Shown here: piece after piece, positions 48,538-57,660 of the stretch
Layout of the letters: every line of letters starts with the position of its first letter
Position numbering within the stretch: position 1 is the first letter of the stretch
Origin: Candidatus Zixiibacteriota bacterium
Lineage (GTDB): Bacteria; Zixibacteria; MSB-5A5; UBA10806
Length of the DNA: 64,000 bases
NCBI GenBank assembly: GCA_020344055.1
Contig: CP070813.1
Location: forward strand, 295,551 to 359,550
Reading direction: 5' to 3'
Position numbers and translations under genes: made by a program
Notes under the pieces: generated by a model
What the model was told of the DNA's origin: nothing
The model's database searches: none
Seen by the model: only the letters and a program-made list of their open reading frames with translations

Positions 48538-49209
48538 ATGGCAAGACTGACGGCCGACCTGAAGCCGATTGAGCAGTTCTACAAATTCGGGAATCCCCAG
48601 AAGGAGATCCTCAGGCATTGTCTTTCCCTGGAGATGGCGGGCGTGGAGAGCGTTTTGATAAATACCGGCGACGGTTTTGAACCGTCCCGAAGCCGCTTGC
48701 TGGAGATCGTAAAGGACACCCTGAATATCGGGTTGACGGTGGAGACCGAGGCCGGCGAGCAGTGGATCGAGGCCCTGCAGGAAATCAAACCCTCCATGGT
48801 TATTTTCAACTATGATGATAGTCGCTATGAAGAGTATTCCGGTTTCGTTACCCGCCTGCAGGTGAAGGATATTCTGGTGGCGTTCCGCATCAAGGATAAC
48901 GTGGAATACGTCAAGAAAGCCGCCAGATTGAAATCCGATTATATCATTCTGGATTGCGGCCCCTATTGCGATACCGAGTCGATGAACAAAGAGGTGGAAG
49001 AACTGAATAAAATCGCGAAGATCTCCTCATTGGGCAAAAAGCTGTCCATGGGAGTTATAGCGTCGGGGGAATTCAACAAAAGAAAACTCAAACGGTTGCA
49101 CGATACCGGCGCGGTGGAGGAATTTATTCTGGAATTGAGGTTCTTTTCGGAATCGCTTCTCTACGGATACGGAACGGCCGTCTGGAATATCCGGTCCACT
49201 TTAATTTGA
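48538..49209 (+). CDS. PdxJ-like TIM-barrel protein, divergent and apparently lacking the N-terminal catalytic His/Arg motif of pyridoxine 5'-phosphate synthase
   Basis: Colinear similarity to PdxJ. [16 protein letters not shown]...[27 protein letters not shown] parallels AEQAGADGITVHLRED...[40 protein letters not shown] parallels ELARIAKAATFAASLGLKV. The N-terminal NIDHIATLRNAR-type segment is absent. Confidence 0.35.
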   Translation: [223 protein letters not shown]

Positions 49210-49305
49210 TACCATTTATTTGTCGCTGTTGTATATTTAATCGATTGCCAGCCGTTATATTTTTTTATATCTTAATCTTGGATTAAAATAAACCGGGAGG
49301 ATTCA

Positions 49306-50199
49306 ATGCTTACGGGAATTCACTTTCTTCTGACTTATAAATGCACCTTTGAGTGCGATCATTGTTTCGTATATTCCAGCCCCGATGCCGAGGGGGTGTT
49401 TACCATCGCCCGGGTCGAAAACGCATTGAAACAGATGAAAGAGACCGGTACTGTAAACAACGCTTATTTTGAGGGAGGAGAGCCGTTTTTATATTATCCC
49501 GTTCTCCTGGAATCTTTAGCGCTGGCCAAATCTATGGGATTTAAGACCGGTATTGTTACGAACGCCTACTGGGGAGAATCCGAAAGGGACGCCGAGCTGT
49601 GGCTGAAGCCAATAGCGGAGATCGGCATAGACGATCTCTCGATTTCAGATGACCTGTTTCACAATCCCGACGGCGGAAAGGGGCCGGCCGCTTACGCCCT
49701 CGACGCGGCCAAAAAGCTCGGTATGCCGGTCGGAGATATATGTATCGATAAACCCAAGCTGATTGAAAATGCCGATGCCAAAAAAGGCGAGCCGGTAATT
49801 GGCGGCGGCGCCCTGCTCAAAGGCCGCGCCGCGGAAAAGCTGATCGGGGATTTTCCGCGCAGGGAATATTCCATTTTCGATAAATGCCCTCATGAGGAGT
49901 TCGAAAAACCGTCGAGATTCCATCTGGATCCCTACGGGAACCTGCACCCCTGCCAGGGAATAAGCGTGGGCAATATGTGGGAAAAACCGCTTAAAGATAT
50001 CATGAATAACTATAATCCAATGAAGCACCCGATTCTGTCTCATATTTTAAAGGGCGGACCGGCAAAACTCGCGGAGGAATATGGATTTGACACCTCGCCG
50101 GGATTCGTGGATCACTGCCATCTGTGTTATGAAGTCAGAAAAACCTTGCTCGACCGTTTCCCCAAGGAGCTCGCCCCCAGGCAGGTTTATGGATTGTAA
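49306..50199 (+). CDS. Radical SAM protein with a C-terminal auxiliary Cys cluster (SPASM/twitch-like)
   Basis: LTYKCTFECDHC (C-x3-C-x2-C), GGEPFLY, and C-terminal C...HPCQG...DHCHLC. RBS gggagg. Confidence 0.7.
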   Translation: MLTGIHFLLTYKCTFECDHCFVYSSPDAEGVFTIARVENALKQMKETGTVNNAYFEGGEPFLYYPVLLESLALAKSMGFKTGIVTNAYWGESERDAELWLKPIAEIGIDDLSISDDLFHNPDGGKGPAAYALDAAKKLGMPVGDICIDKPKLIENADAKKGEPVIGGGALLKGRAAEKLIGDFPRREYSIFDKCPHEEFEKPSRFHLDPYGNLHPCQGISVGNMWEKPLKDIMNNYNPMKHPILSHILKGGPAKLAEEYGFDTSPGFVDHCHLCYEVRKTLLDRFPKELAPRQVYGL

Positions 50200-50203
50200 G
50201 TTG

Positions 50204-52318
50204 TTATTTCAATAGCAGGCATCTTCCGGTTTCGGTGAAACCATCGGATTCGATTTTATAAAAATATACCCCTGATGGGTAACCGGCGGCATTCCAGATC
50301 GTCTTATGCCGGCCGGCGTCAATATACCCGGAGCACAACGTTTCAAGTTTCCTTCCCAGCATATCGAATATTTCTACTTTGATGTCGGATCGGCTCGGCA
50401 AATCGTAGACGATGGTGGTAGAGGAGTTGAACGGGTTGGGATAATTATTGAATAAAACAAAATCGCCGGGTTTCGTTACACCAGGATCATCGACTGATGT
50501 AATCGCACCGAGTTTCAATATCATTAAGGAATAGCTGTCAGCCAGGAATATCAGGCTGTCCGATGTCGCTTCGATGCATCGGGCGATGCCGGGCGTTTTG
50601 TACTCCGAAATTAAGAAAGGATTATAAGGATCGGAGATATCCACGACCTGAACACCGCTGTTTTCAAAGGCGACATAAAGACAATCGCCGCGTAAATCCA
50701 GATCGCAAGTGATTCCATCCAGATCGAACATACCGGCCAAAGCCGGCAGGTATGGATTCGACACATCGACTATTTTTATGCCCGAGTAGCTATCGGCGAG
50801 GTAAACATAATCATCTCTCGCGATCAGCGAATACACTTCGCCGTAACAGATGTATTCGCCGCAATACTGAGGATCGGTGGGATCGCTGACATCGAGTATC
50901 TTAAAACCATACATAAGGTCCGATATATAAGCGTAATTGCCGTCAATATAAACATCGAAGGCAACATCGAAGCCCCCGAAAACAGCTGCTTGCACAGGAT
51001 AGGAGGGATTTGAAACATCGATAATGAAAAGACCATCCGACTCTGCGCACAAGTAGGCGTAATCGCCGTCAACGCAGATACCTGCCAGATAATTCGAAAT
51101 ATTCAGCAGTTGTCCTTCGAGATGGGGGTTGGCGGGAAAGGAAATGTTATAGATTTTCAAATGGCCGGGAGTCGAAGCATAGGCATAATCACCTTCGATG
51201 CAAAAGTCGTTCGCCCAGAATCCCCCCGGTGTGCTTCCCACAACAGTCGGGTTGAAAGGATCGCTGATATCAAGCGATAACAGGTTTTCACCTGCCTCGA
51301 CCCAGGCATAATCTCCGGACAACCGGACGATTTGAACCAATCCGTCGTTTTCGTAATGATCCCGGACGGTCGGATTAAAAGGATCGATGATGTTCATGGT
51401 ATAGAATCCGTACAGCGATGCGATATAGGCGGTATTCTGGTCAGCAAAGATTTCGAGGTAGTTATCCACTTGATAGTTTTCGCCGAGCAGTATGGGGTTG
51501 GAGGGATTCGATATATTGAAAATGTTCAAGGTATATCCATTGCCTGTATATTTTCCGATATAGGCATAATAGTTTCTTACGAAAACGGCGCGAACCGGCG
51601 ACGTATTATAAGTGTTTACTATTGAAGGAGTTGTGACGTCGGAAATATCGACGATATAAAAACCGTCATAATAACCGGCCATATAGGCGTAATCTCCCTG
51701 GACCACGTTATTTATAGCGATAAGTGAATCCAATTCGCTTACATATAACGGATTGCCGGGATCGCTGACGTTCAGGATCAATAAACCGCCGGTATAAAGA
51801 GAAACATAGGCGTAATCCCCCTGCACGCACGTATTCCTTGCGTACCCGGACGTTTGATAATTGGATAGCAATGAGATATTGTTGATATCAGATAAGTCGA
51901 GAATGCAAACTCCGGTGTCCTGATCGCTCAGGTAGCCGTAGTCGCCCGCAATAAAGATGTCGTAGGCATTACCGTCGGTGGAAAAACCGTTTACTATGGA
52001 CGGATTCTGCGGGTCGGAAATATCGACAATCTGCAGCCCCTGGAAACCGTCGGCAAGATATGCATAACTCCCTTCCACCCGGATCCCATGAGAGCCCCCT
52101 CCCACATAAAGCCTGCTTACAAAAGAAATATTATTCGGATCGCTGACGTCAAAAATGACCAGGCCGTTGGCATAGGAACAATAGGCGTAATTGCCCCCAA
52201 CCGCCACATCGAAATTCATTGACCATAACTTAGAATTAACATATTCGATATCCTGGGCGTTTATATTGAATGCCAATAATAGCATCAAACCTGAAATTAA
52301 TACTATCATCTTATTCAT
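50204..52318 (-). CDS. Secreted LVIVD-repeat beta-propeller protein with a T9SS C-terminal sorting domain
   Basis: Signal peptide MNKMIVLISGLMLLLAFNINAQ. Many YAY.A...G(L/F).I.D(V/I)S(D/N)P repeats. C-terminal NYPNPFNSSTTIVYDLP...GVYFYKIES...GRCLLLK. Confidence 0.8.
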   Translation of the reverse strand: MNKMIVLISGLMLLLAFNINAQDIEYVNSKLWSMNFDVAVGGNYAYCSYANGLVIFDVSDPNNISFVSRLYVGGGSHGIRVEGSYAYLADGFQGLQIVDISDPQNPSIVNGFSTDGNAYDIFIAGDYGYLSDQDTGVCILDLSDINNISLLSNYQTSGYARNTCVQGDYAYVSLYTGGLLILNVSDPGNPLYVSELDSLIAINNVVQGDYAYMAGYYDGFYIVDISDVTTPSIVNTYNTSPVRAVFVRNYYAYIGKYTGNGYTLNIFNISNPSNPILLGENYQVDNYLEIFADQNTAYIASLYGFYTMNIIDPFNPTVRDHYENDGLVQIVRLSGDYAWVEAGENLLSLDISDPFNPTVVGSTPGGFWANDFCIEGDYAYASTPGHLKIYNISFPANPHLEGQLLNISNYLAGICVDGDYAYLCAESDGLFIIDVSNPSYPVQAAVFGGFDVAFDVYIDGNYAYISDLMYGFKILDVSDPTDPQYCGEYICYGEVYSLIARDDYVYLADSYSGIKIVDVSNPYLPALAGMFDLDGITCDLDLRGDCLYVAFENSGVQVVDISDPYNPFLISEYKTPGIARCIEATSDSLIFLADSYSLMILKLGAITSVDDPGVTKPGDFVLFNNYPNPFNSSTTIVYDLPSRSDIKVEIFDMLGRKLETLCSGYIDAGRHKTIWNAAGYPSGVYFYKIESDGFTETGRCLLLK

Positions 52319-52428
52319 TGGAAATTCCTTTCCTCAGACTTAATATGCTATAAGATATCTATAATTAGTTCTTTTGTCAAGTAAACAGACTAGAGATTGA
52401 ATTTTATCGGTTGATTCTGGTATAATAA

Positions 52429-52710
52429 ATGGAAGACAGGAGGCTTGAGATGTTTGAGAAAAGGCTGCAATCGTTCACGTACGCCGTCGGGATAACGTTT
52501 ATTATACTGGCGGCGCTCACGGGAGTTACCTATTTCTGGTTTTTGCTTCTGGTGGGAGGAGCGTTCAGGAATATCCCCGCTTTCGGCGCTCTGCCCGCGA
52601 CCGAGATGGCAGAATATATGCTGGATCTGAAACTATTCTCTATAGTGATCGGGACGGTATTTATTATCTGCAGTTTGTGGCACAGAAAATTGAGAAGGGA
52701 AATTAAATAG
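52429..52710 (+). CDS. Small hypothetical membrane protein (2 TM helices)
   Basis: Two hydrophobic helices; RBS-like gacaggagg upstream. Confidence 0.35.
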   Translation: MEDRRLEMFEKRLQSFTYAVGITFIILAALTGVTYFWFLLLVGGAFRNIPAFGALPATEMAEYMLDLKLFSIVIGTVFIICSLWHRKLRREIK

Positions 52711-53227
52711 CCCTCTCATGCGCCAGAAGCCATTCTTTTCTCTTTAGACCGCCTCCGAATCCCGTGAGCGATCCATCCTTGCCGATGACTCTATGACAGG
52801 GGATAACGATTGAAATGCGGTTGCTTCCTACAGCGGCGCCGACGGCTCGTGCCGCCCCCGGGTTTCCGGTCTTTTCGGCGACCCCCCCGTAATTGACGGT
52901 TTTCCCGAACGGGATTTTTTCAAGCTGTTTCCAGATCGTCTCCTGAAACCCGGTTCCGGTATAGTCCAGGGGCAGATCGAATTTGGCCAATCTGCCGGAA
53001 AAATAAAGACTTAACTGCTTTTTCGCCTTTTTCAGGATCGGCGTTTCCTGTCTATTTAATTTCGCCCCGTAATGTCTGGAGAGAGTCTTTAAGGTTTTTT
53101 TTGTCCGGTCGCCTTTAAAATCCACCATGCAGATTTTGCCTTTGTGCTCTCCTATGATAATTTTCCCCAGAGGGGATTCGGTTTCGTTATGGTTGAGATC
53201 GCTGTCGAATTTTCTTGATTCTGCCAT
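52703..53227 (-). CDS. ogt: Methylated-DNA--protein-cysteine methyltransferase
   Basis: Active site IVIPCHRVIG; DNA-binding HTH ...GKTVNYGGVAEKTGNPGAARAVG. Confidence 0.9.
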   Translation of the reverse strand: MAESRKFDSDLNHNETESPLGKIIIGEHKGKICMVDFKGDRTKKTLKTLSRHYGAKLNRQETPILKKAKKQLSLYFSGRLAKFDLPLDYTGTGFQETIWKQLEKIPFGKTVNYGGVAEKTGNPGAARAVGAAVGSNRISIVIPCHRVIGKDGSLTGFGGGLKRKEWLLAHERAI

Positions 53228-53375
53228 TTTTCCTCCCGTTTTACCGCAAAAAAAAGGTTGAGGAGGGAAAGTCCAGCAAAATCGTGTTTTTTTGCAGAAT
53301 ACTGGAGTATCAACGGTTTTTTTACCGTAATAAAAAAAATTTGATCTTTATCGCTATGCTCCGATATTATATATT

Positions 53376-54623
53376 ATGAACATGCGTGAAGGATTAAAAA
53401 CCTTTCTTATTCCGGCGATTATTATTTCGTTCCTTGTTATTTGTTGTGACGGCGAGTCCACCAGGCCGGAAGACGGTATTCCCATTAGAATTACCGCCCC
53501 TGATGACGGTGACGTTTTATTTAATCCGGTCACGATTGCCGCTCAAACCGGGTCGGGATTTTCGATTACCGATGTGGAGTTTTATATCGACGGCGAGCTG
53601 GTATGGATTGATAATGACCGGCCGTTTGAATACTACTGGAATATTTTCGGTTATGAGAATAACTCCGAGCATACCATTATGGCGACCGGGTATTCCGATA
53701 CCGCAAGTTACACTTCGGATACCGTGACGGTAACGATTTCTCTTGAAGAGGGACTTTTATTCGTCGCCGCCTACAGGCCCAACGCGGACTGGACCTACGG
53801 GGTAGCGACTTATCAGAATATTATGTTTGTGGCCACCGGCGAAAGCGGCGTGGAGGTTATCGATGTTCTGGATAAGACATTTCCCATGTATATTTCTCGG
53901 TTTGAAAGTGCCGGACAGGCGCTAAAAGTCGACGTTCGATATCCCCACCTGTTTATCGCCGATTTTTCCGGAGGAGTGATAAGGGCCGATATTTCCGATC
54001 CGGACTCGTTGACGGAAGCCGGCCTGTACAATATCGAGGTGCAGGCTATCGACGTCGCCGTATCGGATGATATCGTATTCGTAGCCGATCAGAACGGTTT
54101 TATTATTCTCGATAATACCCTGCCGGATTTCCTGGTATCTTTATTCAGATCGTATTTATTCAGCGGCTCAAACTACGTTACCGCCAGGAACGATACCGCT
54201 TATATAACAAATCTGGGCAACCTGTATATTATTAATGCATCTACCCCCGATTCGCCGGAAATAGTTTTCGCCTATCAATCGCCCGGCGCCAGGGGAGTGG
54301 CGGTTATTGACACTTTCGCTTTTGTAGCCAGGGGCGACCAGGGGGTAGCCGCCTTATCCATCTCCGATCCTCAGAATCCGGGATACCTGGCCGGATATGT
54401 AACCCAGGGCGCGGTTTCCAGCGTGGAAGCGGCCGACTCCACTTTATTTGTCGGAACGTTCTCCGGCGAAGTAATAGCTCTGGATTATACTCAGCCCGAC
54501 ACCCTTCGCCTGTTCGACAACCTGGTAATTGACGGGGTTCTTATCAATTATTTGAAATTCGATTCTCCTTATCTTTATGCCGCCACCAGTCAAGGAATAA
54601 ACATTCTTAGATTTATCAGATAG
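53376..54623 (+). CDS. Lipoprotein with an N-terminal Ig-like domain and LVIVD-like beta-propeller repeats
   Basis: MNMREGLKTFLIPAIIISFLVICC (signal with Cys). VEVIDVLDKTFPMYISRF / IRADISDPDSLTEAGLY / IILDNTLPDF repeats resemble those of the 50204 gene. Confidence 0.6.
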   Translation: MNMREGLKTFLIPAIIISFLVICCDGESTRPEDGIPIRITAPDDGDVLFNPVTIAAQTGSGFSITDVEFYIDGELVWIDNDRPFEYYWNIFGYENNSEHTIMATGYSDTASYTSDTVTVTISLEEGLLFVAAYRPNADWTYGVATYQNIMFVATGESGVEVIDVLDKTFPMYISRFESAGQALKVDVRYPHLFIADFSGGVIRADISDPDSLTEAGLYNIEVQAIDVAVSDDIVFVADQNGFIILDNTLPDFLVSLFRSYLFSGSNYVTARNDTAYITNLGNLYIINASTPDSPEIVFAYQSPGARGVAVIDTFAFVARGDQGVAALSISDPQNPGYLAGYVTQGAVSSVEAADSTLFVGTFSGEVIALDYTQPDTLRLFDNLVIDGVLINYLKFDSPYLYAATSQGINILRFIR

Positions 54624-54776
54624 TCGAAAGATCGATTTTTTATCGCCCCTCAATTACCCCATCTCCGGTCAATAGCGGCAAAAACCTAAAATTAGCTTGC
54701 CAAATATATTCAGTTATACTATTTTAAATCAGCCATCGGCTTCTCTGTTTGGATTTGGTGCAATTCGTCTGATGAA

Positions 54777-55268
54777 ATGAAGGAATCAATCGTAGGCGAC
54801 CCCATCTTCTGGCCGGGATTAGTCTATTCTCCCATAAATCTTAACGGCCTCCTTTTCGCGTTGGGAACCGTTACCGACGAGATCGGTCTGCTATTCGAGG
54901 AGTTCTCCGAGGATGGATCTCTGGCTGTATGCCGCATGAAAACAAAAGACGGTTGGAGAAAAATCAGAGCTGCCTTTTCAATTAAGAGCTCGGAATTCAA
55001 TCTCACCGAGGATCGGCCGGATTTGCTTATATGCTGGGTGCATGATTCCGATCCCGGAACCGGAAAATTGTCCATACTGGAGCTCTCCGGGATAAGGGGC
55101 CAGCCAAGCTCCAATAATGCCTTGCCCCATAAGCCCTTGGGCGGTCTGGACGGCATATTTTCGGAGGATCCGACTAACGATCTTCTCCACAGGGGAGAAG
55201 CCATCGTCAACTTCGAAGAGACCATACGTCAACTGGACGATCGAATAAAAAAATTGAAAAATGGTTAA
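54777..55268 (+). CDS. Hypothetical protein
   Basis: ORF only; upstream of the cohesin-dockerin paralogs. Confidence 0.35.
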   Translation: MKESIVGDPIFWPGLVYSPINLNGLLFALGTVTDEIGLLFEEFSEDGSLAVCRMKTKDGWRKIRAAFSIKSSEFNLTEDRPDLLICWVHDSDPGTGKLSILELSGIRGQPSSNNALPHKPLGGLDGIFSEDPTNDLLHRGEAIVNFEETIRQLDDRIKKLKNG

Positions 55269-55446
55269 TAAAAACTTGCATTTTGATCCGTCGAAAACAA
55301 TATTGAGACGTCTACGGGAATTTCTTTTGGGGGCTTGTCCTGCCCGTTTAAGGGCCTGGCGTTTGAAAAGTTACTTAAATCTGACCGCAGATGTTTTTTG
55401 GATTTGAGATCTCAATTAATATGACCATTAAAAATGGAGAACCAAA

Positions 55447-57645
55447 ATGCTGGGAAACAGGGATATTATGAAGTTTATCGGCCTTACGGTTTTATGTTTG
55501 GTTTTGGGGACCTTTTCGGCAGTCAAGGCTCAGGATCCCGGAAATCCTGATTCCTTGATAATCGGAAACCTTGACGGTACTCCAATTTTGGCCGGGCTTG
55601 ACGTACAGATCGTAGTTCCGGTCTATTTGAAAACGGACGATTCTGTTGCTTTTATGCATCTCCCGGTAGCTACCGATAATGACTATATAGCGTCTCGGGA
55701 TGGCGGAACCTTTTATGAACCGCTTTCGCTTTGGGACGATGTCAGTTTCCTGGCCCCGGATTCGAACAGCCCTTCCGCGGGCTATACCAGCCAGAGTATT
55801 CTGGGATTCGCTTTTTTGGCGCCTCCGGAAGATCCGCAGAATTATCTTTATACGAATTACCAGTGGTGGCATATAGCCGATTATCATATGACTACGACTG
55901 ACGATATTTCTGTCTTGGGAGATACAACCTATACGCTTGAGGGTATTAATCCTGCAAACGGCGATATGCTCATGGGTTTGCCGGATGGCGTCATCGTCGT
56001 TATCCCTCAGACGATCTGGGGCGGGATATATTTTCCGCCTAACACCCCCCCGGTCTATACCGAGCCCTCCCCGGGCACCCTGCCTATAAACGAGCAATTC
56101 GGCATATGCCTGACCGTAACGGTCACCGACGAGGATGACGATAACCTTGTTCTGACCGTGGATTTCGGTCCCACCGACTATACTTTTGAAGAACTCGTCA
56201 ATATCCCCGGAGAAATATCTTATGAATTCTGCTGGTTTCCTCAATCCGGGATGGCGGGTACGTATCCGCTGACATTTACGGTTAATGACGGCGCCGGGGG
56301 GGTCATTGACCTCGATATTATCCTCGAAGTTACCCCGGCACAACTCATTATACACAGCGATTCGACTCTTCCCGGAGCCAACGTTTCTTTGCCGGTATCG
56401 CTCAACAACCTGGGTATTTCGTCGGCCGTGGGAGCCTTCGAAATTCTCATCGGATGGAATCTTAATGCTATGTCTTTAAATAGCGTGATTCGATCCGGCA
56501 GAACGGCTCCTTTCGAGTATTTCCATGTCAATCCCAATAGCGGCGGTGATGGAACCGTCAGGATTGTCGGAATCGCGGATTTGAGCTTCGGCGATATTAC
56601 GCCTCCTCTCCAGCCTGATACCGGAGCCATATTCTTTATCGATTTCTCCGTGTCCAACGATGAAAGCCTGATCGGCGTGGATCTACCTGTTGAATTCATC
56701 AATCTGGATCCGGCCGATAACACGGTGGCGGATTCGACCGGATACCTCCTCGTTCACCCGGAATTGACCGATGGCGTGGTCAGCGTCATCGGCCCTGACG
56801 ACGTTTTGACGGGCGATATCAATCTTAACGGTTGGCCCTATGAGGTCGGCGATGTTGTGCTTTTCGTCAACCATATCATTAATCCCTCCGCGTACCCCTT
56901 TAACGCAATTCAGAGAGAAGCCTCGGATATCAATGCCGACGGTATTCCTGAAACCATAGCCGACCTGGTCTTATTGATAAATATCGTAAACGGTAATGTG
57001 CCTCCTCCGAAAATCGAACCGTCGGGCGGAGATGTGATTGTGACCGTAACCCCATCGGGTGAGACTGGTTATATAACCGCCACCAGCAGCGTCGATCTCG
57101 GCGCCGTCTTGCTGAAGCTTTCTCATAATTCAATCCGCGATTTGACCGTAAGACCGACGGGCGATTTAACGGTTGTCTTCAACGACGACGACGGTGAAAT
57201 AATCGTTCTGGCTTATTTACCGATGGGCGGGGGAATTCCGGCCGGGGATATCAATCTCTTCGAAATAGGCGGAATGGGAGAGGATTTCGAAATTGTCGAA
57301 ATCGCCGCCTCTGATTCAAGAGGCAGCCTTTTGAGCGTGGTCTCGCGGATCGCAGCGGCTCTTCCGCAGAAATATGAACTGGCTCAGAACTATCCCAATC
57401 CGTTTAACGCCGCCACCAGGATCAGATTCGCTTTGCCGGAAGCCCGGATGACCACTATCGAGGTTTTCAACATTTCCGGCCAGAGAGTTGGCACGCTTAT
57501 TGATAGATATTTGGAGGCGGGAAAATATGATATAACCTGGAACGGGATTGGAGATAACGGCAAATCCGTCTCGTCAGGAGTGTATTTTTATAGACTAAGT
57601 ACCGATTCCAGCTCAATTACGAGGAAGATGACGCTTTTAAAGTAA
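55447..57645 (+). CDS. Secreted multidomain protein: cohesin-like module(s) + dockerin module + T9SS C-terminal sorting domain
   Basis: Signal peptide MKFIGLTVLCLVLGTFSAVKAQ. Cohesin pattern LPGANVSLPVSLNNLGISSAVGAFEILIGWNLNAMSLNSV...GTVRIVGIADLS...GAIFFIDFSVSND. Dockerin double repeat GDINLNGWPYEVGDVVLFVNHII...SDINADGIPETIADLVLLINIVNG. C-terminal LAQNYPNPFNAATRIRFALP...GVYFYRL...KMTLLK. Confidence 0.75.
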   Translation: MLGNRDIMKFIGLTVLCLVLGTFSAVKAQDPGNPDSLIIGNLDGTPILAGLDVQIVVPVYLKTDDSVAFMHLPVATDNDYIASRDGGTFYEPLSLWDDVSFLAPDSNSPSAGYTSQSILGFAFLAPPEDPQNYLYTNYQWWHIADYHMTTTDDISVLGDTTYTLEGINPANGDMLMGLPDGVIVVIPQTIWGGIYFPPNTPPVYTEPSPGTLPINEQFGICLTVTVTDEDDDNLVLTVDFGPTDYTFEELVNIPGEISYEFCWFPQSGMAGTYPLTFTVNDGAGGVIDLDIILEVTPAQLIIHSDSTLPGANVSLPVSLNNLGISSAVGAFEILIGWNLNAMSLNSVIRSGRTAPFEYFHVNPNSGGDGTVRIVGIADLSFGDITPPLQPDTGAIFFIDFSVSNDESLIGVDLPVEFINLDPADNTVADSTGYLLVHPELTDGVVSVIGPDDVLTGDINLNGWPYEVGDVVLFVNHIINPSAYPFNAIQREASDINADGIPETIADLVLLINIVNGNVPPPKIEPSGGDVIVTVTPSGETGYITATSSVDLGAVLLKLSHNSIRDLTVRPTGDLTVVFNDDDGEIIVLAYLPMGGGIPAGDINLFEIGGMGEDFEIVEIAASDSRGSLLSVVSRIAAALPQKYELAQNYPNPFNAATRIRFALPEARMTTIEVFNISGQRVGTLIDRYLEAGKYDITWNGIGDNGKSVSSGVYFYRLSTDSSSITRKMTLLK

Positions 57646-57660
57646 AAGGGGATCGAAATA

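Noticed and set aside
48538-49209. Calling 48538..49209 a functional pyridoxine 5'-phosphate synthase (pdxJ)
   Set aside because: The alignment to PdxJ is colinear, but the N-terminal catalytic segment is missing and the genome already encodes the alternative PdxS/PdxT route. It is labelled PdxJ-like only.
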